DNA of 64,000 nucleotides from an uncultured Mucilaginibacter sp. (GCA_903866915.1 CAIPPO010000220.1:4574-68573); one strand, 5' to 3'; shown: positions 38,701-47,600, counted from the stretch's first letter. Notes: a model not told the origin generated them from the sequence alone. Numbers and translations: made by a program.

Positions 38701-40776
38701 CACTGGCGGAGCCGGGTTATTGCAAGTAATCGTAATAGTTGTTGTTCCGAAACCGCCGGCATTACTTGCAGTAACTGTATAAATGGTTGAAGGCGATGTA
38801 GCAGTTGGAGTGCCTGTAATGGCACCCGTGCTGGTATTAAATGATAAGCCTGCCGGAAGTCCGGGACTGATGCTATAGCTGGTTGGAGTTCCCGTTAATA
38901 CGGTTGGAGACCAGGTTGCAATTGCCAGGGCTACAGTATAAGTATTAGCTGCCGGGGTATATACGATTGAAGGAGCAAGCAGATCCACTTCTATTTTTAC
39001 CGTAGTGTTTCCGCTGCCGCCTGCGTTAGTGGCGGTAACGGTATAGGTTGTCAATGCCGATATTGCCAAAGGTGTACCAGAGATAACACCAGTTGCTGTA
39101 TTGAAAGTTAATCCAAGAGGCAATCCGGGGCTGATAGACCAGGTTGCTACAGGGCCACCTGTATTCGTCGGGGTTAAAGCTGAAATAGCTGTAAGTTCGA
39201 CATAAACGTTTGTCGATGGGCTATAACTAATGACAGGTGCAGGTGGATTGGTAGTGATTTTGATGGTCGTTGCACCAGAGCCGCCTGCATTGGTAGCCGT
39301 TATCGTATAAGTTGTTTGTATCGACGTTGCGGTAGGTGTGCCCGAAATAATGCCTGTAGAAGTATCAAATGATAAACCGGCAGGTAGTCCGGGACTAATA
39401 GCCCAGCTAGTAGCAGCACCGCCGGTATTGCCTGGCGTCAGACTGGTTATAGCCACGCCGGTAGTATAGATAAACGGCGACCCGGTATAACTGATCACCG
39501 GTGCCGGCGGGTTGACTGTAATATTAATGGAAGTATTTGCGGTGACGCCGGCATTGTAATTAGCCGTAATTGTATAACTGGTAGCCACCGTGATAGCCGT
39601 AGGGGTACCTGATATTACTCCGGTAGACGTGTTGAATGACAGCCCGGTCGGCAGCGCTGTACTTATCGAATAGCTGACCGGTGTTCCGGTTACTACGGGT
39701 GTCAAACTTGAAATTGCAATACCTGTCGTATAGGTATAAGGCGAACCCGTATAGCTGATCGTAGGCGATAACACCGTGATATTAACCGGAGTAGTAGCAA
39801 TCGGCCCGGCTGAATAATTGGCCGTTACTGTATAACTGGCAGCGCCAACTGCGCCGGTTGGAGTTCCGGTTATCTGACCATTCGTTGTATTAAATGACAA
39901 ACCCGCCGGTAAGCCAGGGCTTACAGCGTAACTGGTAGGCGTGCCACCAACAAGGGTAGGTGAAGCGGTACTGATAGCTGTTCCTGCGCGGTAGGTAAAA
40001 GGAGTACCGACGTAGCTCAAGCTGGACGCCAAAACAGTTATATTTATGATTGCGGTACCATTGCCACTGGCATTTGTAGCAGTAACAGTATAGGGTGTTG
40101 CTCCCGAAACTGCAGACGGCGTTCCTGAAATTACCCCATTGGTAGTATTGAACGACAAACCGGCGGGCAAAGCAGGAGATATTGAATAGCTAGTTGGACT
40201 ACCAGTAACAGTTGGCGTTAAACTTGAAATTCCGAGACCTGTATAATAGGTGAAGGGAGAACCTGCGTAACTAATAGTTGGAATTACGGGAGCTCCGATA
40301 ACAAGGTTAATTGTCGCGCTGGTAAATGTACCTCCTCCTCCTGTATTATTATCTTTGATTTTAATCGTAAATGGATAGGTTCCGGCAGGGGTCGCGGCAG
40401 AGGTTGTTACTGTAAAAGTAATCGTAGAATTATTCGTTCCGCTTGGTAAGAAAGTCGGGGTTAAGGTTGCACCGCCAGTAATAGGCGTCTCAGTTGCCGA
40501 AGTAAAATTCCATGTTGCACCTGTCGGCGTAGTAGTCCACGCCAGTGTAATATTGTCTGCAATAGGGGCGGCAGCGCCAGTTTCGCCAAGTGTAATTGTG
40601 TAAGTGACCGACGTGGCCGTTCCCGCATTAGCAGTTCCGGTTTGTCCGCCATACGTCGCTCCGGTTACGTGTATCGCATATGCGGCTGTGGAGCAACATA
40701 AAAAAAAAGTAATAAAAGCGATTACCGGGGCTATTGTCCTCGCAAATTTGTGATATTGTGATAAAGTACTTTTCAT
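32767..40776 (-). CDS. Giant (~2670 aa) T9SS-secreted surface protein: 14 putative Ig (He_PIG-like) repeats, NHL beta-propeller, beta-helix-like region, type A CTD
   Basis: Signal peptide; ~87-aa repeats with LPAGLSFNTSTG.ISGTP; NHL blades (P.GI..D.SGN.YV); C-terminal LYPNPS...GTYILQV...FVKL. ATG at 40776 preferred over TTG at 40782. Confidence 0.92.
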   Translation of the reverse strand: MKSTLSQYHKFARTIAPVIAFITFFLCCSTAAYAIHVTGATYGGQTGTANAGTATSVTYTITLGETGAAAPIADNITLAWTTTPTGATWNFTSATETPITGGATLTPTFLPSGTNNSTITFTVTTSAATPAGTYPFTIKIKDNNTGGGGTFTSATINLVIGAPVIPTISYAGSPFTYYTGLGISSLTPTVTGSPTSYSISPALPAGLSFNTTNGVISGTPSAVSGATPYTVTATNASGNGTAIINITVLASSLSYVGTPFTYRAGTAISTASPTLVGGTPTSYAVSPGLPAGLSFNTTNGQITGTPTGAVGAASYTVTANYSAGPIATTPVNITVLSPTISYTGSPYTYTTGIAISSLTPVVTGTPVSYSISTALPTGLSFNTSTGVISGTPTAITVATSYTITANYNAGVTANTSINITVNPPAPVISYTGSPFIYTTGVAITSLTPGNTGGAATSWAISPGLPAGLSFDTSTGIISGTPTATSIQTTYTITATNAGGSGATTIKITTNPPAPVISYSPSTNVYVELTAISALTPTNTGGPVATWSISPGLPLGLTFNTATGVISGTPLAISALTTYTVTATNAGGSGNTTVKIEVDLLAPSIVYTPAANTYTVALAIATWSPTVLTGTPTSYSISPGLPAGLSFNTSTGAITGTPTATSPSTIYTVTASNAGGFGTTTITITCNNPAPPVISYTPASNIYTTGVAISTWTPTNTGGAVVSYSISPGLPAGLVFNTGTGAITGTPTATSTITSYTVTATNAGGSGNTTINITVNPPAPVISYTPASNTDVAGIAIATWTPSNTGGAAVTWSVSPALPTGLSFNTSTGVIIGTPTVITASASYTVTATNAGGIGTTSVTIVVNPPAPIISYTPTSNTYIVGTAITTWSPTNTGGAAVTWSVSPSLPAGLTLNTATGLITGTPTAVAATTTYTVTATNVTGSGTATITITVNDIAPVVSYTPSTNVYTVGTAITALTPTNTGGAGTSWSIGPSLPAGLIFNTSTGVITGTPTGTSPVTTYSISADNSGGTSTAYITLSCINPTPPIISYTPSSNTFITGTAIATWSPVNTGGAASSWAISPTLPAGLSFDPTTGNITGAPTAISATTSYTVTATNTAGSGTAGITITINPTAPAISYTPASNTYSVGATITTWSPTNTGGPVTTWSISPGLPAGLSFDPATGNISGTPTATQASASYTVTATNATGSSTASITISINNNGPVISYSPNTLSYSVGTTITAATPINTGGASSSWSVTAGGSFPAGLTLNASTGVISGTPTAVFATTTFTIQATNSSGSASCSVIITVSPHAPVISYSPSTVVLPLNAPMTTMTPINTGGAVSGYSYSSTGVSLTGATLSGPSLMWIDASGNIYVANYNNGTVSRWNSAHTYLGTYTTGKSINNAEGIVFDSAGNCYVEDTGAGAIYKYGPTGTYLGTIVSGLSHPLGISIDPSNNLYIATYNYSSPYTSSVTKYNTTGTLLQTLPIANMDESDGVAVDGAGNIYVLNRSLDQAGSNKGYVTKYNSAGVYQGIFSTGYQDPLAIACDPSGDVFVADSHNNQVKIYSSTGVLLNTINGFNDVEGFVADGNGNLYVSDFTNNTVKEFAALGGYYISSPLPAGLSFNTSTGQITGTPTVTFAPTTYTITAYNITGSGATTVTLSCIQSNDWVGTTSIDWNVPTNWLSNHVPVAGETAYIGVNRAFTNFPTVLTADGALSVGTVQIGNLGGQAGGIAVQTGASLSITTLTIQSDASSSNGYTQTLSGAGTINTGSLNIISNTANAYAYTSILSSSITNFNVTGNIALTSSKPGSYTENSTFNVTGGTTTLTGYFQTTNTAGTTSTIAVTGGTLSLANATALSGLSATGTNSVTFNNAGATIQYSGAAQTVYTTNAITGLASGVSYYSIAFSGTGIKTVASGNLNITGNFTNTLANDASNYVSLSSPTVNFNGTTQTIAAGGGNGTTFYNVVFSGIGTKTIASGMMNVADVGTLNMSGTNAATILAANGNLTLNSDATGSASILAMSGPSITGNVNVQRFITGGAGYRGYRLNSSPVYTATVGSNNVTSINYIQNSVYITGAAGGGFDKTGNPTIYLFREDQTPSNTTFISGNFWGLSAINNSPAYNYGVTGQSASGTFNIPAGVGYLWFFRGNRASASLATETSTTYTTPVAATLTATGTLNQNHVIVSEWYTPGSTSLNYTGSGTGTNFTVRGFNMVGNPYACSIDWEQLNNGSTTTGIYENNVSTTVYELNPATQNYDTYQKGGVYTNHGRRYIMSGEGFIVLATGNSNPQLMFNESAKTSAQLTGLNLFMSTPSQIAALGVPNVEPHIRLQMAMDTLNKDDTYIGFVSGASANFSYNEDAPYKLGNGKIGLSSFSSDHIRLAINKMDLPGTKTTVIPLNISARAAGIYHLNLSEMQAVPKIYKIWLKDNFRKDSLDMRSDSSYAFNITSDTASQGANRFELILRQDPALAVQLLQFEGVKTAQGSKLTWFTENEQNYTHFTLQRSTDGGNTFTVVGGLPSNGVGTYNLWDTAPFTANQYRLQIQDLNGTITYSNIVTLMYANPNTLTNNIALYPNPSKGQINLAITPPYGSGSTIKGNSPGGTLGSNLAAQPSVGSTQYSIKIVNATGIIVKTATTTQTNWQNDVSSLLPGTYILQVMDNNDKLVGERSFVKL
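35795..40290 (-). repeat. Intragenic tandem repeats encoding 14 Ig-like modules (~260 bp each; the 14th is interrupted)
   Basis: Thirteen contiguous P.ISY...LPAGL.F...TG.I.GTP..Y.VTATN units counted in the translation; the DNA units are diverged. Boundaries approximate. Confidence 0.85.
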
Positions 40777-41769
40777 ACTCAATATTGTTCAGAAGTGAAA
40801 GCATAACCTGCCTTGCCGGCTTCGGACCGGAATTGCTGGCGTATTGGACGTATTGAAATTTTTTCAAGATTGTTCGCCGAATCATGAATTTGCTTTAAAT
40901 GATAAACCGCAAGCATGTGATTTTCAACACCTTGTAAATTAAGATTTGAGTGGCTTTTTAAACGAGTTTTTGGGGTTCCCTTGATATTGGTAAAAAACCA
41001 GGAGCGAAAGAAAAAGCATAAATGTTGAACTGAGGTTGTTAACCCGCCCATAAAATAGTTGTTTAGCGTTCGTTTTCCCGCAGGAAAACAGGTTCTATAC
41101 GAATTGCCGGGCCTCAATGTTACAAAATCTGATAGTTCGGCCGGTGCTTTAAGATGTTTAAGGTTTAACATAGTCAATCAACTTTAATTTAAATTCAACA
41201 TGCCAGCTTTTAACTTTTGTGCCGGCTTTTTACATTTTTGGGAGCTAAAAATCTATTACCCAAATTGATAAATCAAAACTAGTGCCATTTATTTCACTAG
41301 TTATCAATAGGTTCGGTTGCACTAAAATTCAAATACCCTGCCAGATCAGAGCATGCTTTTAAAAATTACGTGCCAAATATCTAAAAAGGCCTCATGAGTA
41401 GCAGGAAGCCATTTTTGGGAGTTTAATTGGGTTTTGGCTAGATGATCTTAACAGATTAAGCTTTACATTTTTTGCACTGAGATTCCATTTTTTGGAACTA
41501 CACCCCTGCGTCCGCATCAAACAAAGCAATCCTAAAGCGAGGAATTAATTACCTGATAATGAACTCAACAGCAAATCTAAACGACACTTACGCCAAGGCT
41601 TACTTCTGTAAACCGATGCTTACCAGGTGATGAAAGGGAACCTATTTATATCGCCAGGCATGAAAATCCAAATTGCTGCTCACCTGGCCAATTAATGCAT
41701 TATTATAAGATAAATGGCTATGGCGAAAGCTGAACAGTCCTCAAACCTCCTGCGAAGCTTTACAAACGA

Positions 41770-41804
41770 AAAAAGACCTTTGGCGTAATGCCAAGGGTCT
41801 TTTT
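41770..41804 (-). terminator. Intrinsic terminator downstream of tRNA-Glu
   Basis: AAAAAGACCTTTGGC/GCCAAGGGTCTTTTT hairpin 10 nt beyond the tRNA 3' end. Confidence 0.85.
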
Positions 41805-41814
41805 AATAGTGTTG

Positions 41815-41886
41815 TAGCCCGTAGGGGAATCGAACCCCTGTTTCAAGAATGAAAATCTTACGTCCTAACCCCTAGACGAACGGGCC
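41815..41886 (-). tRNA. trnE: tRNA-Glu (anticodon TTC)
   Basis: Reverse complement GGCCCGTTCGTCTAGGGGTTAGGACGTAAGATTTTCATTCTTGAAACAGGGGTTCGATTCCCCTACGGGCTA folds as a cloverleaf; T-loop GTTCGATTC; full CCA not encoded. Confidence 0.97.
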
Positions 41887-42083
41887 TTTTTAAGGCTTTG
41901 GGCGATGGTTTTTGGGCATTGGTTTTTACACCATGCTACTTGCCAAACGCCTCTTCAAAACAAGCTTTAACCCTTATTTCGGGCTGCAAAGATAAACCTT
42001 TAGAGAGATTATTAAAATGAATTTTAAAAAAATTGTGTTTGTCCTGATTACATTGGGCTGAAACGCGGGTTTGCCTTTCTGGA

Positions 42084-42908
42084 TTATAGCACTTTTGGGT
42101 TCAATTCCGAATCGATCAATTCGCCGACAGGTTTGTTCATTAGCCATTTGGCATGATCGTTCACCTGCCATTTGTGCCGGGGTTGGGCTACCCGGGCGCC
42201 ATCGGCAACGTAAATAATGGTCATTACCTCGCGCATTTTATCGGATTGGTTGCCCGGCGCATTGTGGATGGTGTAACCCAGGTGAAAAGTTGCATCACCT
42301 GCTTGCATAGCGCTGGCCCGCCAGATGGGGAACTGGTTAGCAGCAACATAATCTTCAAATGCGGTTTCTGATTCGTCGGAAATCTCAAAGTCAAATACCG
42401 GCCCCCGATTAAAGGATCCTGAGGCAAAAGTCAGCATGCCCATTGTTACATCAATATCTACCAGCGGCATCCAAAGGGTAATGGTTTTAGGCGTATCAAT
42501 GGGCCAGTAATACTGGTCCTGGTGCCAGGGCGTAGGACCGCCGCCCGGTTCTTTAAAAAGCGCCTGATCGTGGTAAATGCGCACATTTTCAACCCCAAGC
42601 AAGTTGGCAGCAATTTTAGCCAAACGTTTGGCTAAAACAAATTTTGCCACGTCTTCATCAACCCGCCAAAGATTCATGATCTGCAAAAACGCTTTACCGT
42701 AGGTGTCACGTTCCTGCATATCGCGCTTTTCATTATTGAATTTGCCCGCAGCAGCCACGATCGCCGGGCGATAAACGGCCAGCTCATCTGCCGACAAAAC
42801 GCCCCTGACCAATGTATGTCCTTTCGCTGTAAATTCCTTTAAATTTTCGGATAGCAATGGTTTAAAATCATCGAGCGCAGGCAGTGTTTTTTTCGGGATT
42901 GTCATCAT
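42084..42908 (-). CDS. Phytanoyl-CoA dioxygenase (PhyH) family Fe(II)/2-oxoglutarate dioxygenase
   Basis: YHDQALFKEPGGGPTPWHQD (HxD) and distal FHLGYTIHNA. Start set at ATG 42908; the TTG at 42926 is an alternative. Confidence 0.88.
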   Translation of the reverse strand: MMTIPKKTLPALDDFKPLLSENLKEFTAKGHTLVRGVLSADELAVYRPAIVAAAGKFNNEKRDMQERDTYGKAFLQIMNLWRVDEDVAKFVLAKRLAKIAANLLGVENVRIYHDQALFKEPGGGPTPWHQDQYYWPIDTPKTITLWMPLVDIDVTMGMLTFASGSFNRGPVFDFEISDESETAFEDYVAANQFPIWRASAMQAGDATFHLGYTIHNAPGNQSDKMREVMTIIYVADGARVAQPRHKWQVNDHAKWLMNKPVGELIDSELNPKVL

Positions 42909-43001
42909 GGGTGTTCTTTTCGCCAATCTATTGATCTAAGTTACCAAAAAAATTAACTTGAAATTTAACCTGCAAGGTCAAAAGTAATGACCATAGCTTG
43001 T

Positions 43002-44537
43002 TTATCTGATCTTCCACACTTCGATCGCAAATGGCGAAATTTCAGTTTTAATGGTATTTTCGGAAATGGCGGGCGTTGCGATGCCGAAGAGCGACTTCAG
43101 TTTCTTCCCCATCCCGCCCAATTGTATCGAAACATTCTGGTTCTGTTCTGAAAGATTGATAACCACGATCAGCTTAGTTGTGCCATTAAACCGTTCGAAT
43201 GAAAAAACGGAATCGTTATCATTATCAAGGTTCTTAAATGCCCCATTAATTAGCGCCCGGTGTTGTTTGCGTAGCCCGATCAAATCACGGTAAAAATTCC
43301 AGAGTGAACCAGGGTCAAAACACTGCTGCTCCAATGCTATACCCTCAACGGATTGTTCTTTGGTGAACTGATCTTTCCAGGTACCGGTTTGCAGATACCA
43401 GGTGGCCAAACCTTCGGCACCTTCGTTTTCATGCCATGCAAAAGCCTCGCGACTTGGGATATCATTGGCATCAGTATCACCTAACTGAGCCGTCATGCCG
43501 CTCATACCTAGCTCCTGTCCGTAATAAATTGCGGGGACACCCCCCAATAATAAGTTGAGTGCGGCCCCGATTTTTAATCTTGCCCAATTCCCCGCAACCC
43601 CCGAGCTAAAACGGGGCATATCATGGTTTTCGATAAATATTACCTGTTGTTTGCCATCTCTCACCAGGCGAAGGGTAGCTTCTGCCGCGTTTATGATATT
43701 GGCCTTATCAAATGACCTTATGGCTTTGCATAGCTCAAAGCCAAAAACCCGGTCTGCACCAGCCCTATCCAGGTATTCTTCGCCATAGGAGGTACAATTG
43801 GCCTGTTCGGCTATGATACATATAGCGGGATTAACCCGGCGCAGCCTGCCTAACAAAGGGTTCCAGAAAGTGTCAAATAAATTGGGCAAAGCTGGCTTAT
43901 CATCCAGGTTATCCATCATATGGTCCAACCGGAACCCATCTACGCCCTCATCAAAGCTGCCGTCGCCTTTGGGGTCCATCCAGTATTTGAACAGCTGATA
44001 ATTGTATTCGAGTACGGCTGGATTATTGAGATTGACGGTGGTAATTTGCCGATAAGTGCCATCATATCCCTCCAATCCTTTCAAGCCATATATAATTGAA
44101 CTGGGTTGGGTATGGGCCGGATCATCATATAAAATGTAGTCCTTGTATTTCGACCCTGGGTTATTGATACCCGAGGTCCACCATACGTGGTCTTCGGTCA
44201 CGTATTGGGTTTCCATATCCAGGTATAGCTTCATGCCACGCTGATGCAGTTCTCGCACCAGTTGCAAATAATTTTGTAGGGTACCATAACGCGGGTCAAT
44301 TTTTTTAAAATCGTCGGCAAAGTAATTGTGGTAGAAAGGTGATTTGTAAAGCGGTGTAAGCATGATAGCAGTTACTCCCAGTTCCTGCAGATAATCCAGC
44401 TTTTGACGGATGCCTTCCAGGTCGCCATGCTTATCGCCATTACTATCGTAAAAGCTTCGCTGAAAAATGTGGTAAATTACCTCGTCGTTCACCGTTTGGT
44501 GTTTGGCCGGGGCAGTTTGCTTCTTTGTTATTGCCAT
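43002..44537 (-). CDS. GH13 alpha-amylase family glycosidase, cytoplasmic
   Basis: IFQRSFYDSNGD.HGDLEGI..KLDYL, DGFRLD (nucleophile), IIAEQ, ENHD, YYGQELGM. Confidence 0.92.
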   Translation of the reverse strand: MAITKKQTAPAKHQTVNDEVIYHIFQRSFYDSNGDKHGDLEGIRQKLDYLQELGVTAIMLTPLYKSPFYHNYFADDFKKIDPRYGTLQNYLQLVRELHQRGMKLYLDMETQYVTEDHVWWTSGINNPGSKYKDYILYDDPAHTQPSSIIYGLKGLEGYDGTYRQITTVNLNNPAVLEYNYQLFKYWMDPKGDGSFDEGVDGFRLDHMMDNLDDKPALPNLFDTFWNPLLGRLRRVNPAICIIAEQANCTSYGEEYLDRAGADRVFGFELCKAIRSFDKANIINAAEATLRLVRDGKQQVIFIENHDMPRFSSGVAGNWARLKIGAALNLLLGGVPAIYYGQELGMSGMTAQLGDTDANDIPSREAFAWHENEGAEGLATWYLQTGTWKDQFTKEQSVEGIALEQQCFDPGSLWNFYRDLIGLRKQHRALINGAFKNLDNDNDSVFSFERFNGTTKLIVVINLSEQNQNVSIQLGGMGKKLKSLFGIATPAISENTIKTEISPFAIEVWKIR

Positions 44538-44819
44538 TGCATTGATGCTTCAAAATAAGCCTGTAAGCATGACAAGGTTGTTACTTATCACCTCTTTTCC
44601 GGGGGATGCATCGTTTCGACGATTTGCCAGGATAAAAATGAAGAATTTAGGGCGAAAGAAGAAAAATATCTGCACCTTGTTTTATAAACTGGCATGTACT
44701 TACAACGCATTTGCCATTGAATATATAAATTCCGGCACCATTTAAGTATCCGGCAATAGCTCCAGTATTGCTAAACAGTAAACCGATTTTGTATTTAAGA
44801 ATATTAGTATATTCATTGC

Positions 44820-46736
44820 ATGAAAACAAAACCTTTACTTATCGGCATTAGCCTTATTGTTGTATTTGTTGCCGTATTTTTCATTGTTCGAAGCCGGTTT
44901 CAATCGGCCCCGGAGAAAAGTGGGGTTTTGCGATTCCTGATGGCTTTTAACGAACAGCTGAAAGCAGGTCATAAAGATAGCGTGAACGCCTGTTTTGAGA
45001 TCAATCAAAAGGCTGCTGTCTTGAACAGGCTCATCAGCGTGCTGACCAATAAAACGGGGTTGAAAGGCGACGAATCACCCTCGTTCAAGCTTTCGCTTCT
45101 GATAGATAGCGCTACGATCAGGATCATCAACAAAGAAATAGCCCAGGCCGATGTGCCGGTTAAATTCAGCAATGATACATTGGGTTTCAGATCAACGATT
45201 TTAAAATTAAAAATACGCAGGGTCAATGGCAAAGGCTATAAAATAGTGCAGGTTGATGCCAACAAAATGATGGGCGATTACCTGGCTTTTACAAATTTTA
45301 TCAAAAGCAAAACCCTGACCGATAAGGATATTTATAGTGAATCGACCTTGAAAGCCTTCGAAACCTCAAAAACCCTGAAAGGCAAATATGACACGGTGGT
45401 TTGGTTTGCCCATTTGGGTGAAAATACTTATTACTACGTAGTCAATGGCAATTGGGATCAGGAATTGGTTGTATTCAGGCGAAAAGACACCGTGGTTGGG
45501 CCTTATAAAATGGGGTTGCTCGGTCCCGACCTGAAAGAAATTATTCCGCCTCAATTTGATATGATCCATACCATCAATGCTACCTTTCCAGGTTTGATCG
45601 AAGTTGAAAAAGGGGATAAAAGAGGTTTTTATGACCTCAATGGTAAAAATGTGGTGCCTGTTAATTATGAACAGATATTTCCGATAAACGATGATGCCAA
45701 TCTTGCGGTATTGAAACACGGCGAAGACTTTTTTTACCTGAAAAAAGACCTGAGTATTTCGGATAAAGTCGACTTAAAATTCAGCGACTTTTTACCCAAA
45801 ATAAGGGATTTAGGCAATCAGGTCGATCTTTATGCAAAGGCATTGACGGTAGTAACGGAATATAATTCCCGCCAGTTAGATGGTGCTGTTTATGTCGCAC
45901 CTTCCTATTTAGTTGACCTTAATATGGTAGCCATCGCCGAGAACTTTAAAAACCCGCTGCGAAAGGTAGTTTATGACGATGTCAATGAAAATTATGATAT
46001 AGGTTTTCTTCGTGAAGTGAAGGACGACAGTAATTGGATAACAGCATCTTTCTATTCGGTTAGAGATTATTATTTAGGCGGCAGAAGTGAATTTTATGAT
46101 AAAAGGAACCTGGTTATTGTAGATAAGAAAAAGAATCGTGTTTTGACTACTGATATTGGTACCAACTATGTGCGTGAGATAGATGGCGGCGATTCGCTGG
46201 ATGGTATTTGCGATGTGAACAATATCAAAGTGCTCAATGATAGTTTGTATGAAGTAAAAGCGGGTGCAGTATTATGGGCCGATTTGTACGATTCTACAAA
46301 AACACTCACCGGTGGCCCATACTATCATTACCTGGCAATCAGGAATAACAAACTGGTAGAATTGCCAAACCAACGCTATTTCGGTTTCACTAAATATGTA
46401 AAAATGGATGATACCTACCTCAACAATTGTTATCGTTTGCAGGTGGGTACAACCTATAAAAGCAGCAAACCAACAACCGTCGACCATATTACACCCGAAT
46501 TACTGCGTTACATGAAAAATGAGATCTATGCCGATTATGGCTATAAATTTAAAGACAGCAGGTGGCAACAGGTATTTGCAGATATGCCGGCTTACGGCTA
46601 CGATGCAGATACGCAGAAACCAAAGGAGGGCAACGCTTCTGTTGATGACTCCCTTACTGCTATTGATAAATACAATATCAATTGGATTGCGCAGAAACTT
46701 AAAGGCGTTAAAACCAATACCCTGGCCGCAAAATGA
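44820..46736 (+). CDS. Membrane-anchored protein with WG-repeat-like segment and C-terminal YARHG domain
   Basis: N-terminal TM; KRGFYDLNGKNVVPVNYEQI (WG-like); LRYMKNEIYADYGYKFK (YARHG-like). ATGA overlap with the next gene. Confidence 0.75.
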   Translation: MKTKPLLIGISLIVVFVAVFFIVRSRFQSAPEKSGVLRFLMAFNEQLKAGHKDSVNACFEINQKAAVLNRLISVLTNKTGLKGDESPSFKLSLLIDSATIRIINKEIAQADVPVKFSNDTLGFRSTILKLKIRRVNGKGYKIVQVDANKMMGDYLAFTNFIKSKTLTDKDIYSESTLKAFETSKTLKGKYDTVVWFAHLGENTYYYVVNGNWDQELVVFRRKDTVVGPYKMGLLGPDLKEIIPPQFDMIHTINATFPGLIEVEKGDKRGFYDLNGKNVVPVNYEQIFPINDDANLAVLKHGEDFFYLKKDLSISDKVDLKFSDFLPKIRDLGNQVDLYAKALTVVTEYNSRQLDGAVYVAPSYLVDLNMVAIAENFKNPLRKVVYDDVNENYDIGFLREVKDDSNWITASFYSVRDYYLGGRSEFYDKRNLVIVDKKKNRVLTTDIGTNYVREIDGGDSLDGICDVNNIKVLNDSLYEVKAGAVLWADLYDSTKTLTGGPYYHYLAIRNNKLVELPNQRYFGFTKYVKMDDTYLNNCYRLQVGTTYKSSKPTTVDHITPELLRYMKNEIYADYGYKFKDSRWQQVFADMPAYGYDADTQKPKEGNASVDDSLTAIDKYNINWIAQKLKGVKTNTLAAK

Positions 46737-47365
46737 GTATTGCCGGTAAATTATTACGGTATTTCGCATTAATCCTGGTACTTATACTCTGCCTGGGAAC
46801 ATTGCAATACCTTAGTTTTAAACCGGACACCGCCTTTTTAAAACTGAAACAGTTTGCTGTAAAAACCGGCTATTACCTGCCGGCGTTCTATGCGCATATA
46901 TTTGGGGCGTCGACAATTTTGATGGCCGGATTTTTCCAGTTCTCCAAATTCGTGCAGGCAAACAAGCCTTTGCATAGGTTATTGGGTAAAATTTATGTGT
47001 TTGGCGCCTTATTCTTCGCGGCGCCGGGTGCTTATGTGATGACGTTTTTTATTCACCGTGGTACCGGTGTTTTTGTTTCCTTTCTGCTGCAAAATACATT
47101 GTGGGTTAGCTTTACCATCTCGGCATGGGTATTGGTGAAGAACGGCGAGATCGACCGGCATATCAGGATGATGCGGCGCAGCTACGCGCTGGCATTTGCA
47201 GCGGTAACATTACGCCTATACATCTGGATACTGACGCTTTTTGGACACGGTGTAAATTTCGAAAACAACTACCTGATCATAGCACTTCTCAGCTGGATCC
47301 CTAACCTTTTAATTGCTGAGTTTTTCAATTATAACCAACGCAGCATCCGGGCCCTGAAAATTTAA
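46733..47365 (+). CDS. DUF2306-family membrane protein
   Basis: FYAHI, LHRLLGKIYV, HIRMMRRSYALAFAAVTLR, SWIPNLLIAE motifs. Confidence 0.85.
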   Translation: MSIAGKLLRYFALILVLILCLGTLQYLSFKPDTAFLKLKQFAVKTGYYLPAFYAHIFGASTILMAGFFQFSKFVQANKPLHRLLGKIYVFGALFFAAPGAYVMTFFIHRGTGVFVSFLLQNTLWVSFTISAWVLVKNGEIDRHIRMMRRSYALAFAAVTLRLYIWILTLFGHGVNFENNYLIIALLSWIPNLLIAEFFNYNQRSIRALKI

Positions 47366-47396
47366 AAGGGATGAACGAAAATCTTAAGCAATAAAC

Positions 47397-47600
47397 TTAC
47401 TTCGATGCTTTCATTTTTACGATCCACAAGTAAACAGACCAGATACAGGTTATTCCGAAGATGATCAGCACAGGCACATCGTATTGCCGAATGAACGCGT
47501 GAAAATAGCCGCCGACAAGTAAATATGCCGTCGCGATACACAATTTCAGCACAACCAGCTCAGCATTTGACCACGTGGTTTTGATTTTAAAAAAGTTCAT
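47397..47600 (-). CDS. Small hypothetical two-TM membrane protein
   Basis: MNFFKIKTTWSNAEL.. followed by two hydrophobic helices; coding-like composition. Confidence 0.65.
   Translation of the reverse strand: MNFFKIKTTWSNAELVVLKLCIATAYLLVGGYFHAFIRQYDVPVLIIFGITCIWSVYLWIVKMKASK

Noticed and set aside
35795-40290. Periodic DNA that could be mistaken for a CRISPR array or satellite
   Set aside because: The periodicity is in-frame protein repeats with synonymous divergence; there are no identical short repeats with unique spacers and no cas genes.
40779-41177. 132-aa ORF upstream of the giant gene
   Set aside because: No recognisable domain or signal, and it lies in the presumed promoter region. 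Cannot be supported as a CDS without homology or proteomics.
41815-41886. tRNA-Glu as the attachment site of a genomic island
   Set aside because: No integrase gene and no second copy of the tRNA 3' end found in the window.
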